DNA of 64,000 nt. It comes from Bacteroidota bacterium. GTDB taxonomy: Bacteria; Bacteroidota; Bacteroidia; Cytophagales; Cyclobacteriaceae. The translations under genes were made by a program, and so were the position numbers. The stretch covers positions 29,402 through 93,401 of the forward strand of contig JAFDZA010000015.1 of the NCBI GenBank assembly GCA_018267135.1. Reading direction: 5' to 3'. The notes under the pieces are model-generated. The model did no database searches, was not told where the DNA came from, and saw only the letters and a list, made by a program, of their open reading frames with translations. This document shows, in pieces, positions 39,040 through 47,559 of this stretch (positions are counted from its first letter, which is position 1; every line of letters starts with the position of its first letter).

Positions 39040-41028
39040 ATGAAAATCCACAATAAATTATTTTTACTCTTTGCGTATGCCCTGGCCTTGGCTATGCTCA
39101 ATGGTTGTAAGCCTAAAGGGCCGCAAGAAGCCATTACCGGAAACGCGGCTGAAAAAGTATATGTAGCTCCGGGTAAATACGATGAATTTTATAACATCGT
39201 ATCGGGTGGTTTCAATGGACAGATGTCTGTTTATGGCATTCCGTCTGGCCGGCTGTTCCGCATTATCCCGGTGTTCTCTCAGTTTCCTGAAAACGGATAC
39301 GGGTATAGTGAAGAAACTAAACCCATGCTCAACACGTCTCACGGCTATGTGCCTTGGGACGACCTCCACCACATCTCATTGTCGGTTACAAATGGAGAGC
39401 ACGATGGCCGGTGGGCTTTTGGCAATGCCAACAATACACCTCGTGTGGCCCGCGTAAACTTAAAAACGTTTAGAACGGAAGAAATCCTTGAGTTGCCCAA
39501 CAGTGGTGGTAATCACTCCTCTCCGTTTATTACCGAAAACAGCGAGTACATTGTAGCCGGTACCCGGTTTAGCGTGCCGCTTGGCGACAAGCGCGATGTG
39601 CCCATCACTTCTTATAAAGAGAATTTTAAAGGCACAATCAGTTTCATAAAAATTGATCCGCAAAGTGGTAAGATGAACATTGGTTTCCAGTTGAAAACCC
39701 CCGGTGTTGATTTCGACCTTTCGAGAGCCGGCAAAGGCCCATCTCACGGTTGGTTCTTTTTCTCTTGTTATAACACCGAGCGTGCCTATACTTTGTTGGA
39801 AGTGAACGCATCGCAGAAAGACAAAGACTTTATCTTAGCCGTAAACTGGAAGAAAGCAGAGGAATATGTGGCGCAAGGAAAAGCTACCAAATCGAAAGTA
39901 AAGTATGCTCATAACGTGTTAGATGAGAAAACGCATACAGCTACTTCTGAGATGCTGACCGAAGTGTTGCAATTAGATCCTACCATTTTAAAAGATATTG
40001 CTTATTTTATTCCTTGCCCTAAATCCCCGCACGGTTGCGATACCGACCCTTCGGGCGAGTACATTGTAGCCTCCGGCAAGTTGGCGGCATTAATCCCTGT
40101 CTTTTCATTTACCAAAATGCAAAAAGCAATTGCCGACAAAGACTTTGAAGGTGAATACGATGGTATTCCGGTAATTAAATATGAATCGGCTCTGTATGGG
40201 GAAGTAAAGAAACCCGGCTTAGGCCCGTTGCATACCGAGTTTGATAATAATGGAAATGCGTACACTTCTTTCTTTGTGTCGTCAGAAATTGTAAAATGGA
40301 ATGTTAAATCTCTTCAGGTATTAGACCGGGTTCCTACTTACTATTCCATTGGTCACTTAAGTGTGCCCGGAGGCCCCACCCGCAAGCCACATGGAAAGTA
40401 TGTGATCGCCTACAACAAAATTACGAAAGACAGGTACTTGCCTACCGGCCCCGAAATGACACAGTCAGCGCAACTCTATGATATCTCAGGAGATAAAATG
40501 CAATTGTTGCTCGATTTTCCCACCACCGGAGAACCGCACTATGCCGAAGCCATACCGGCCAGTTTAGTGATGCCGAACTCAACCAAAATTTATAAGATTG
40601 AAGAAAATAATCACCCATACGTAACGAAGGGCGAGAAGATGGCTAAAGTAGAGCGGAAAGGAAATGAAGTACACGTGTACATGACAGCCATTCGCTCGCA
40701 CTTAGTGCCTGATAATATTGAAGGAATTAAATTAGGTGATGTAGTGTACTTCCACGTTACCAACTTAGAGCAAGATTGGGATGTACCGCATGGGTTTGCT
40801 GTGAAAGGAGCATCGAACGCAGAGATATTGATTATGCCGGGCGAAACACAAACCTTGAAATGGGTGCCTGATGAAGTGGGCGTTTCCCCTTTCTATTGTA
40901 CCGATTTTTGTTCGGCATTACACCAGGAAATGCAAGGGTATGCCCGTGTATCAGCACCGGGGAGCAATGTACCGTTGAAGTTTTCCACCGGGGTGATTGC
41001 AGACGAATCCAAAAGCTCACCTAAGTAA
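39040..41028 (+). CDS. nosZ: Sec-dependent (clade II) nitrous-oxide reductase
   Basis: CuZ His motifs DLHH, GNHS, PHG, PLH, IGH, EPH; CuA HGF...CTDFCSALHQEM; lipoprotein-type leader (LNGC), no twin-arginine. Confidence 0.97.
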   Translation: MKIHNKLFLLFAYALALAMLNGCKPKGPQEAITGNAAEKVYVAPGKYDEFYNIVSGGFNGQMSVYGIPSGRLFRIIPVFSQFPENGYGYSEETKPMLNTSHGYVPWDDLHHISLSVTNGEHDGRWAFGNANNTPRVARVNLKTFRTEEILELPNSGGNHSSPFITENSEYIVAGTRFSVPLGDKRDVPITSYKENFKGTISFIKIDPQSGKMNIGFQLKTPGVDFDLSRAGKGPSHGWFFFSCYNTERAYTLLEVNASQKDKDFILAVNWKKAEEYVAQGKATKSKVKYAHNVLDEKTHTATSEMLTEVLQLDPTILKDIAYFIPCPKSPHGCDTDPSGEYIVASGKLAALIPVFSFTKMQKAIADKDFEGEYDGIPVIKYESALYGEVKKPGLGPLHTEFDNNGNAYTSFFVSSEIVKWNVKSLQVLDRVPTYYSIGHLSVPGGPTRKPHGKYVIAYNKITKDRYLPTGPEMTQSAQLYDISGDKMQLLLDFPTTGEPHYAEAIPASLVMPNSTKIYKIEENNHPYVTKGEKMAKVERKGNEVHVYMTAIRSHLVPDNIEGIKLGDVVYFHVTNLEQDWDVPHGFAVKGASNAEILIMPGETQTLKWVPDEVGVSPFYCTDFCSALHQEMQGYARVSAPGSNVPLKFSTGVIADESKSSPK

Positions 41029-41054
41029 TCGTTTCATAGTTGTACAGGTTGAGT

Positions 41055-41082
41055 GGGTGCCTCATCACAAAATGAGGCACCC
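41055..41082 (+). other. Perfect intra-operon hairpin after nosZ
   Basis: GGGTGCCTCAT-CACAAA-ATGAGGCACCC, 11-bp stem, no + strand T tract. Confidence 0.7.
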
Positions 41083-41103
41083 TTAATAAAAAAACAAAAA
41101 ACC

Positions 41104-41676
41104 ATGAAAAAGTTAAGTTACATTACGAGAATAATCATAGCCGTAAGTTCGCTGAGCCTTGTAATTACTTACTTTGTTCCGCTCTGGCAAATTTTGATGT
41201 GGGCACCTCAATACCCCGAAGGGTTGGAAATGAAGATATGGCACAACACCCTGACCGGAGAAGTAAGAACCATCAGCGCCCTCAACCACTACATCGGGAT
41301 GAGGCCCATTGAAGTAAGCATGTTCCCCGAACTCGGGTACATCAAATACATCATTGGCTTCTTAGTTACGTTTGGGCTGGCCACCGCACTCATAGGAAAA
41401 CGATATATGTTGTTTTCATTTTTAGGATTGCTCTGCGCCACCGGAGTAAGTGCCTTGGTAGATTTCTATCTTTGGGGCTACGATTACGGCCACACTCTAA
41501 ACCCCGAAGCACCCATACGGATTGAGGGGATGTCGTACCAGCCGCCATTGATCGGCACTAAACAGTTGCTTAATTTCACCGCTTTTTCAGGGCCGGACAT
41601 AGGAGGATGGATTTTCATTGTTTCTGCTTCCGTACTATTTGCCTCCCTGTTTTATGAGTGGAAGAAGAATAAATAA
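41104..41676 (+). CDS. NosB-like membrane protein of clade II nos clusters
   Basis: APQYPEGL, LNHYIGM, DYGH, YQPPLIG motifs; four hydrophobic segments; position right after nosZ. Start moved to ATG 41104. Confidence 0.8.
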   Translation: MKKLSYITRIIIAVSSLSLVITYFVPLWQILMWAPQYPEGLEMKIWHNTLTGEVRTISALNHYIGMRPIEVSMFPELGYIKYIIGFLVTFGLATALIGKRYMLFSFLGLLCATGVSALVDFYLWGYDYGHTLNPEAPIRIEGMSYQPPLIGTKQLLNFTAFSGPDIGGWIFIVSASVLFASLFYEWKKNK

Positions 41677-41678
41677 TT

Positions 41679-42110
41679 ATGAATAAAGTATTTTGTTTAG
41701 CGTGTGCTTTAATTCTCTTTTCCTGCTCGGCCAATCCGGAAGCACTGAACTTCGGAAAAGACACTTGCCATTTTTGTAAAATGACATTAATGGACAATAA
41801 ATTCGGGGCTGAATTAGTAACCAAAAAAGGAAAGGTTTTTAAGTTTGATGATGTGCGCTGTTTTCTGGATTTTTATAATGCCGCTGATAACACCATCACC
41901 GAATACGAACATATACTGGTAGTAGATTTTTCTAAACCCGGAAATTTAATAGATGCCCGAAACGCATTTTACCTGAAGTCGGGACAAATACAAAGCCCGA
42001 TGAATGGACAAGTGGCAGCCTTTGAAACGAAAACGGAAATGACAAACCACCAAAAGCAATGGCAAGCTATGTACTTAACCTGGGGCGAGGCGGTTACCCA
42101 ATTTAAGTAA
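41679..42110 (+). CDS. nosL: NosL copper chaperone lipoprotein
   Basis: Lipobox LFSC, CHFCKM, FDDVRC, SPMNG. Confidence 0.9.
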   Translation: MNKVFCLACALILFSCSANPEALNFGKDTCHFCKMTLMDNKFGAELVTKKGKVFKFDDVRCFLDFYNAADNTITEYEHILVVDFSKPGNLIDARNAFYLKSGQIQSPMNGQVAAFETKTEMTNHQKQWQAMYLTWGEAVTQFK

Positions 42111-43348
42111 TGAAGATCACCACAGCGGCCTGCCTGCTTTTTATTACGTTTCTATCGCAAGCCAAAACATGGATAGTTGATCAACGTAAGAATATAACAT
42201 CTATACAAAAAGCCATAGCATTGGCTTCTTCCGGAGATACCATCCGCGTAATGCCCGGCCTTTATCGTGAAGGGAATCTCATCGTAAAGAAAACACTCGC
42301 ACTCATGGGAGTGGATTATCCGGTTTTAGACGGAGAAAACAAATACGAAATTTTTACCGTAACAGGTAAGAACATTTTAATATCCGGCTTTAAACTCATC
42401 AACACCGGCCGCGGAAGCTTAGAGGATATTTCAGGTATTAGTGCGGTGCAAACCAAAGGGCTTATTGTTCGCAACAATAAATTTGAAAATACATTTTTTG
42501 GAATTCACCTGGCTAATTCATCGAAAAGCCTGATTGAAAACAATACTCTCCGGGCCAATGCCGAAGCCGAATATCAGATTGGCAACGGCATACATGCCTG
42601 GAAATGCGATTCGCTCAACATTCGGGGTAATGATATTGCGGGCCACCGCGATGGAATATATTTTGAGTTTGTTACACACTCTCACATCGAAAAAAATTTT
42701 AGTCATGGCAATATGCGCTATGGGCTGCACTTTATGTTTTCGCACCACGATGCGTACGTAGCCAACACGTTTCACAACAACGGAGCGGGAGTGGCCGTAA
42801 TGTACACCCAGGATGTGAATATGATAGCAAACCGGTTTGAAGATAACTGGGGTTCGTCTTCGTTTGGGCTTTTACTAAAAGATATTCGCGACAGCCGCAT
42901 AGAAGGAAACTTATTCGCAAAAAATACGGTAAGCATTTTTATGGATGGATCGAGCCGATGCCATTTCGAGAAGAATGTTTTCAGAGAAAACGGATGGGCC
43001 GTAAAAATTCAAGCCAATTGCGATGAAAATATTTTTAAGGCAAACAGTTTCCTTTCGAACACTTTCGATATGGCCACCAATGGTTCTTTAGTATTGAACA
43101 AAGTAGATTATAACTATTGGGATAATTACCAGGGGTACGACTTAAACAAAGACGGAATTGGCGATTTACCTTTTCATCCTGTAAGTTTGTATTCGATGGT
43201 GGTAGAAAAAATGCCTTCTTCCATTGTGTTGTGGCGGAGTTTTTTGGTTTACTTGTTAGATCGTTCCGAAAAAGTAGTTCCTTCCATCACACCCGAAAGC
43301 TTAAAAGACAGCCATCCTGTTATGAAAAATTATGATTACCATTTCTAA
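42110..43348 (+). CDS. nosD: NosD periplasmic maturation protein
   Basis: Beta-helix repeats, GNGIH, RDGIYFE, RYGLHFMFS, NYWDNYQGYD. Confidence 0.93.
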   Translation: MKITTAACLLFITFLSQAKTWIVDQRKNITSIQKAIALASSGDTIRVMPGLYREGNLIVKKTLALMGVDYPVLDGENKYEIFTVTGKNILISGFKLINTGRGSLEDISGISAVQTKGLIVRNNKFENTFFGIHLANSSKSLIENNTLRANAEAEYQIGNGIHAWKCDSLNIRGNDIAGHRDGIYFEFVTHSHIEKNFSHGNMRYGLHFMFSHHDAYVANTFHNNGAGVAVMYTQDVNMIANRFEDNWGSSSFGLLLKDIRDSRIEGNLFAKNTVSIFMDGSSRCHFEKNVFRENGWAVKIQANCDENIFKANSFLSNTFDMATNGSLVLNKVDYNYWDNYQGYDLNKDGIGDLPFHPVSLYSMVVEKMPSSIVLWRSFLVYLLDRSEKVVPSITPESLKDSHPVMKNYDYHF

Positions 43349-44054
43349 CCTCAACAAACAATTCGGTAAACTTCGCGTACTAAACTCTATTTCGGTTCAA
43401 TTTAATTCGGGCATATCGTATGCGGTAATCGGCCCTAATGGATCGGGGAAAACTACGATGATTAAGTGCATCTTAGGAATGGTAGTGCCCGACCGGGGCG
43501 AGATAAAAGTAGGAGGCGAATCGATTGCCCAAAATTCTGGCTATCGTAAAAAAATTGGATATATGCCTCAGATTGGGCGATACCCCGAACAAATGAAAAT
43601 TGGACAAGTTTTTGATATGATCCGCGACTTGCGCCACGATGAAAAAAATCTGGATGAAGATCTGATTCGTGAATTTAAACTAGATAAGTTAAAAGATAAA
43701 CGAATGCATACCTTATCGGGCGGCACCCGGCAAAAGGTAAGTGCCTCGCTGGCCTTTTTGTTCAACCCACCCATTTTAATTTTAGATGAACCTACGGCCG
43801 GGCTCGACCCGGTATCGGTAGAAATACTCAAAACCAAAATCCATTCAGAAAAAAACAGAAATAAACTTTTTTTAATTACCTCGCACATCATGAGCGATTT
43901 AGACGAGCTTGCTTCGCACCTGGTTTATCTGGAAGAAGGAAAAATTTTGTTTAACGACACCATTGATTTGCTCAAAGAAGAAACCGGTGAACGAAAATTA
44001 GGACGCGCGGTAGCCACCATTATGCAGCGCAACCTGAAAGCCGAAACATTATGA
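43332..44054 (+). CDS. nosF: NosF ABC transporter ATPase
   Basis: Walker A GPNGSGKT, signature LSGG, Walker B LILDEP; nos context. Confidence 0.9.
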   Translation: MITISNLNKQFGKLRVLNSISVQFNSGISYAVIGPNGSGKTTMIKCILGMVVPDRGEIKVGGESIAQNSGYRKKIGYMPQIGRYPEQMKIGQVFDMIRDLRHDEKNLDEDLIREFKLDKLKDKRMHTLSGGTRQKVSASLAFLFNPPILILDEPTAGLDPVSVEILKTKIHSEKNRNKLFLITSHIMSDLDELASHLVYLEEGKILFNDTIDLLKEETGERKLGRAVATIMQRNLKAETL

Positions 44055-44818
44055 TGAAGATAGCTAAATATGTGGCGTACGATATTATACGAAACCGCTT
44101 CGTATTATTATATACACTTTTTTTACTGATTGTTACTGTCAGCATGTACAGCCTTGACAGCGATGCCGGCAAATCTACACTGAGCCTGCTCAATATTATT
44201 TTGCTGGTAGTGCCACTGGTTAGTGTCATTTTTACGACCATGCATTTTTTTAATTCGTATGAATTTATCGAATTGTTGCTTTCACAACCCGTTAATCGCG
44301 AGAAGGTATTTATTTCTGAGTTTCTTTCGGTAGCCTTAGCCTTGTCATTAGCTTTTATTATTGGAGTAGCTCTGCCTACGGTATTGCTGGCGAATAACGC
44401 GGCCGCAGTTTATCTTATTTTTTCAGGTGTGCTATTAACATTTGTTTTTGTTTCGTTGGCTTCGCTGGCTTCTGTTCTAACCCGCGATAAAGCAAAAGGC
44501 ATTGGCATCGCCCTTTTGTTTTGGATTTATTTTACCCTGATTTATGATGGACTGATTTTATACGTAATCTATAGCTTTAGCGATTATCCATTAGAAAAAG
44601 TAACGCTGTTGCTGAGTTCTTTAAACCCGGTTGACTTAGCCCGGATTGTTATTCTATTAAAATTAGATATCTCTGCTTTGATGGGCTACACCGGTGCGTT
44701 TTATCAGAATTTTTTTGGTAGCAGCACAGGCGCCATCTATGCCTTTTTACTTTTGCTTGCCTGGATTATCATCCCGCTCTGGGTAGCGTTACGAAAATTC
44801 ATTCGAAAAGACATCTGA
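44051..44818 (+). CDS. nosY: NosY ABC permease
   Basis: Six hydrophobic helices, ELLLSQP, LNPVDLAR; follows nosF with ATGA overlap. Confidence 0.88.
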   Translation: MMKIAKYVAYDIIRNRFVLLYTLFLLIVTVSMYSLDSDAGKSTLSLLNIILLVVPLVSVIFTTMHFFNSYEFIELLLSQPVNREKVFISEFLSVALALSLAFIIGVALPTVLLANNAAAVYLIFSGVLLTFVFVSLASLASVLTRDKAKGIGIALLFWIYFTLIYDGLILYVIYSFSDYPLEKVTLLLSSLNPVDLARIVILLKLDISALMGYTGAFYQNFFGSSTGAIYAFLLLLAWIIIPLWVALRKFIRKDI

Positions 44819-44866
44819 GATTTTTTTTCAATCATTTTGAAAAGTGAACAAACCTCATTTTGGTTT

Positions 44867-44880
44867 ATGATCAAAGTCAT
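44867..44880. promoter_or_regulatory. Putative CRP/FNR-family site upstream of the fasciclin gene
   Basis: ATGATCAAAGTCAT = ATGAY-N4-RTCAT, same pattern as 38406. Confidence 0.5.
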
Positions 44881-44939
44881 GGTTAGATACAAGATAAATG
44901 CAGAATCTTGTTTAAAGAAAATCTAACCCCAAACAAGAT

Positions 44940-45506
44940 ATGAAAGTATTAAAATCCATGTCAGTGGCAATGCTCGTTGTGTTGTCATTTATCTTTTTCT
45001 CTTGTGGTAATAAACCACAGCAAGCAGTTGAGGTCACCAGCACACCGGTAGCTGATGGCGGTGGCCAGTCATCCGTAAAAGATGATGAGTCGCAAAAAGA
45101 TGTTGTTCGCGTAGCCGAATCATCTAAAGACCACACCACATTGGTAACGGCATTAAAGGCAGCAGCCTATGTAGATGCGTTATCTAACGCGGGGCCGTTT
45201 ACAGTGTTTGCCCCCACCAACGAAGCTTTTGGTAAGTTGCCGGCCGGCACGGTTGATGGCTTGTTAAAACCAGAAAGCAAGGATGCCTTGCGTAATATAT
45301 TGGAATACCATGTTTCAGTAGGGGTTTACAAAATGGAAAACATGAAAGACGGACAGAAGATTAATCAGGTAAACCTGGACGATATTGTTATTGGTATTAA
45401 AGATGGGAAATATACCGTAAACGGAGCGGCTGTCTTAGCTACCGTTAACGCATCAAATGGTATTGTTTATGTGCTCGATCAGGTATTACTTCCTCCAAAA
45501 AAGTAA
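44940..45506 (+). CDS. Fasciclin (FAS1) domain lipoprotein
   Basis: Lipobox FFSC; H1 GPFTVFAPTNEAF, ILEYHV, H2 NGIVYVLDQVLLP. Confidence 0.92.
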   Translation: MKVLKSMSVAMLVVLSFIFFSCGNKPQQAVEVTSTPVADGGGQSSVKDDESQKDVVRVAESSKDHTTLVTALKAAAYVDALSNAGPFTVFAPTNEAFGKLPAGTVDGLLKPESKDALRNILEYHVSVGVYKMENMKDGQKINQVNLDDIVIGIKDGKYTVNGAAVLATVNASNGIVYVLDQVLLPPKK

Positions 45507-45522
45507 ACCAGAAATAAAATAG

Positions 45523-45558
45523 AAAACAGACCGGGTAATTTATCCGGCCTGTTTTTTT
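45523..45558 (+). terminator. Terminator after the fasciclin gene
   Basis: Imperfect stem AAAACAGACCGG...CCGGCCTGTTTT followed by T run. Confidence 0.65.
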
Positions 45559-45572
45559 ATTTATGAGAACAT

Positions 45573-45604
45573 AAAAAATGCTGACGTTTCCATCAGCATT
45601 TTTT
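45573..45604 (-). terminator. Terminator after nrdJ (possibly bidirectional)
   Basis: Perfect 12-bp stem AAAAAATGCTGA/TCAGCATTTTTT with 8-nt loop. Confidence 0.75.
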
Positions 45605-45626
45605 CTTTGAGTTTATTATTTTACTA

Positions 45627-47477
45627 TTACACAATGGCGCAAGCTCCACCCGCACAGGCGGCCTCTGCTTGCAAGTCGGTAGCATCATCGGGCTCATACA
45701 CCAAAGAAAGATCAATGTTCTTCAGTGATCTTTCCAGTTCTTCATAACGTTCTTCAGAGATATCTTCAAAGGGAGGCTGTTTATAGTTTCCACTATCAAA
45801 CGGAAGTACACTCAAACCATTATACGAGGCTTTGTTTTCCCACATCCATTCGCCTACTAATTCCCATTCGTGATTTTTAATGGATACCGTAGCCGAAACG
45901 TTGTTTGCATTATATCCTAATCGATATCCGCTGCGTACCCATTCCAGATTAAACGCTTTAATTCGTTCCAGCAAGTCCATTACACTTTCTGTGCGCAGGG
46001 TACTGCCCGAAGGTGCTTTTTGAGGGATGCAAACTATACCTTGCTTACTGTTCAAGAGATCATCTTCTATTAATTCGGGATGCCGGATTTTTAAATATTC
46101 GTATAGGGCTTCATTTTTCCCAATACGCATACGCCTTAAATAAAAATCGTTGTGCCAGGCGTGGATACCCGATGAAGTTCCTAACACGAGCGAGCTGGTG
46201 CCCGATGGTTTGATGGTAGTGCAGCGGGCTGCAAATTCAATATTAATTTTTTTCGAGATTACCGTGTTAATGTGCTTTACTTCGGCTGCGGCCTCCAGCA
46301 GATCTAATTTTGATACGCGGTTGCTGGCTATGCCTGTCATCCCCACGCCAATGAGTGCATCTTGCTCGGTGGTTTGTTTCCATACATCGCGCAGGTAGTG
46401 AAAATCAGTAAAGCCTGCTTGTAAGGTTCCGAGAAAACTGGCGGCACGTGCCCGCGCATTTAGTTCTTCCTGCGTTTCAACATCGGAAACATTTATTTCG
46501 CATAGATTGCAAAACTGAAACGGCCTAAGGGCTATTTCACAGCAGGGATTCGTGCCCCAGTCAATGTGGTTGCTGAAATAGAACCCCGGCTCTCCGGCAC
46601 CCGATAGTTCAATTTTTTTCCACAGGGATAAAAATTCTTCTTTGGTAGTGTGTTCCCTCGAAAGCACCGCTGAGTTATTGGCCCGGCCTCGTTGTTCGTT
46701 TAGTTCCCACCAGTTGCCAAACTTGCATGTAAGCATTTCTTCATCTCCCGGTGTGAATAACGAGATCATGGCAGATCTGCGTATGCCACCGGCCAGAACG
46801 GCATTGGCAATGTAGCACATGATGTCGTGGCACTCGAGGGGAGTAAGCCGTTCGCCATCTTTTTTTCGGTCTAACACGGCCACGAGGTGGGCGTGGCAAA
46901 CCTTTAACGGTTCGGGGCCGGGAGCTTTCCCTCCGGCCGTTACTAAACGGGCCCCTTTGGGGCGGACATCCGAATAATCAAAATCGGGGTGTGCATCGCT
47001 TTGGCCAAAGTTTGCTTTCATAATCATTTTGATGGAGTCGGCCCATCCTTCCAGGCTATCACCAATTAAAAAGCGTCTATGTTTAGTAGCCTTTTTTATG
47101 AGAGGAAGTTTGGCCACATGATGTTGCTGAACGGAAAAACCAACACCGGTACCTCCCAGTAACAAGAACATGGCTTCAGAAAATGCCCGGATGTCATCTA
47201 CCGGCATGTAGGCACAATTGTATATGCGGCTGTTGTTTTTTATGATGGGGGCTCCGGCAAATTGCATGGCACGCATGGAAGGGAGCACTTTTTTCTGATG
47301 AACAAATTGCATCACATCGTGTATCTCCTCGGTCATGTGTGGATATTTGGCCGCCATCATTGATTCGTAGCGGTCGCAGATTTCACTCCATAGCTCTCTG
47401 CGTTGTAATTCGGGTAGATAACGAGCGTATTTCATGTGGATGACAATGTCGCTCAGGATCTCTTGGTTTAGTTCCAT
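45627..47477 (-). CDS. nrdJ: Class II (adenosylcobalamin-dependent) ribonucleotide reductase, short monomeric type
   Basis: 616 aa; PSMRAMQFAG, YNCAY, active-site finger GTNPCCEI, TIKPSGT, C-terminal CAGGAC redox pair; no ATP cone seen. Confidence 0.9.
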   Translation of the reverse strand: MELNQEILSDIVIHMKYARYLPELQRRELWSEICDRYESMMAAKYPHMTEEIHDVMQFVHQKKVLPSMRAMQFAGAPIIKNNSRIYNCAYMPVDDIRAFSEAMFLLLGGTGVGFSVQQHHVAKLPLIKKATKHRRFLIGDSLEGWADSIKMIMKANFGQSDAHPDFDYSDVRPKGARLVTAGGKAPGPEPLKVCHAHLVAVLDRKKDGERLTPLECHDIMCYIANAVLAGGIRRSAMISLFTPGDEEMLTCKFGNWWELNEQRGRANNSAVLSREHTTKEEFLSLWKKIELSGAGEPGFYFSNHIDWGTNPCCEIALRPFQFCNLCEINVSDVETQEELNARARAASFLGTLQAGFTDFHYLRDVWKQTTEQDALIGVGMTGIASNRVSKLDLLEAAAEVKHINTVISKKINIEFAARCTTIKPSGTSSLVLGTSSGIHAWHNDFYLRRMRIGKNEALYEYLKIRHPELIEDDLLNSKQGIVCIPQKAPSGSTLRTESVMDLLERIKAFNLEWVRSGYRLGYNANNVSATVSIKNHEWELVGEWMWENKASYNGLSVLPFDSGNYKQPPFEDISEERYEELERSLKNIDLSLVYEPDDATDLQAEAACAGGACAIV

Positions 47478-47559
47478 GATGTAGTGGGTTTAGTTGAAGT
47501 TTAAAAAAATGATTACTCAGGTTGTTCATGTGCCGGGTATGAAAAGAGGTTATGTATAT

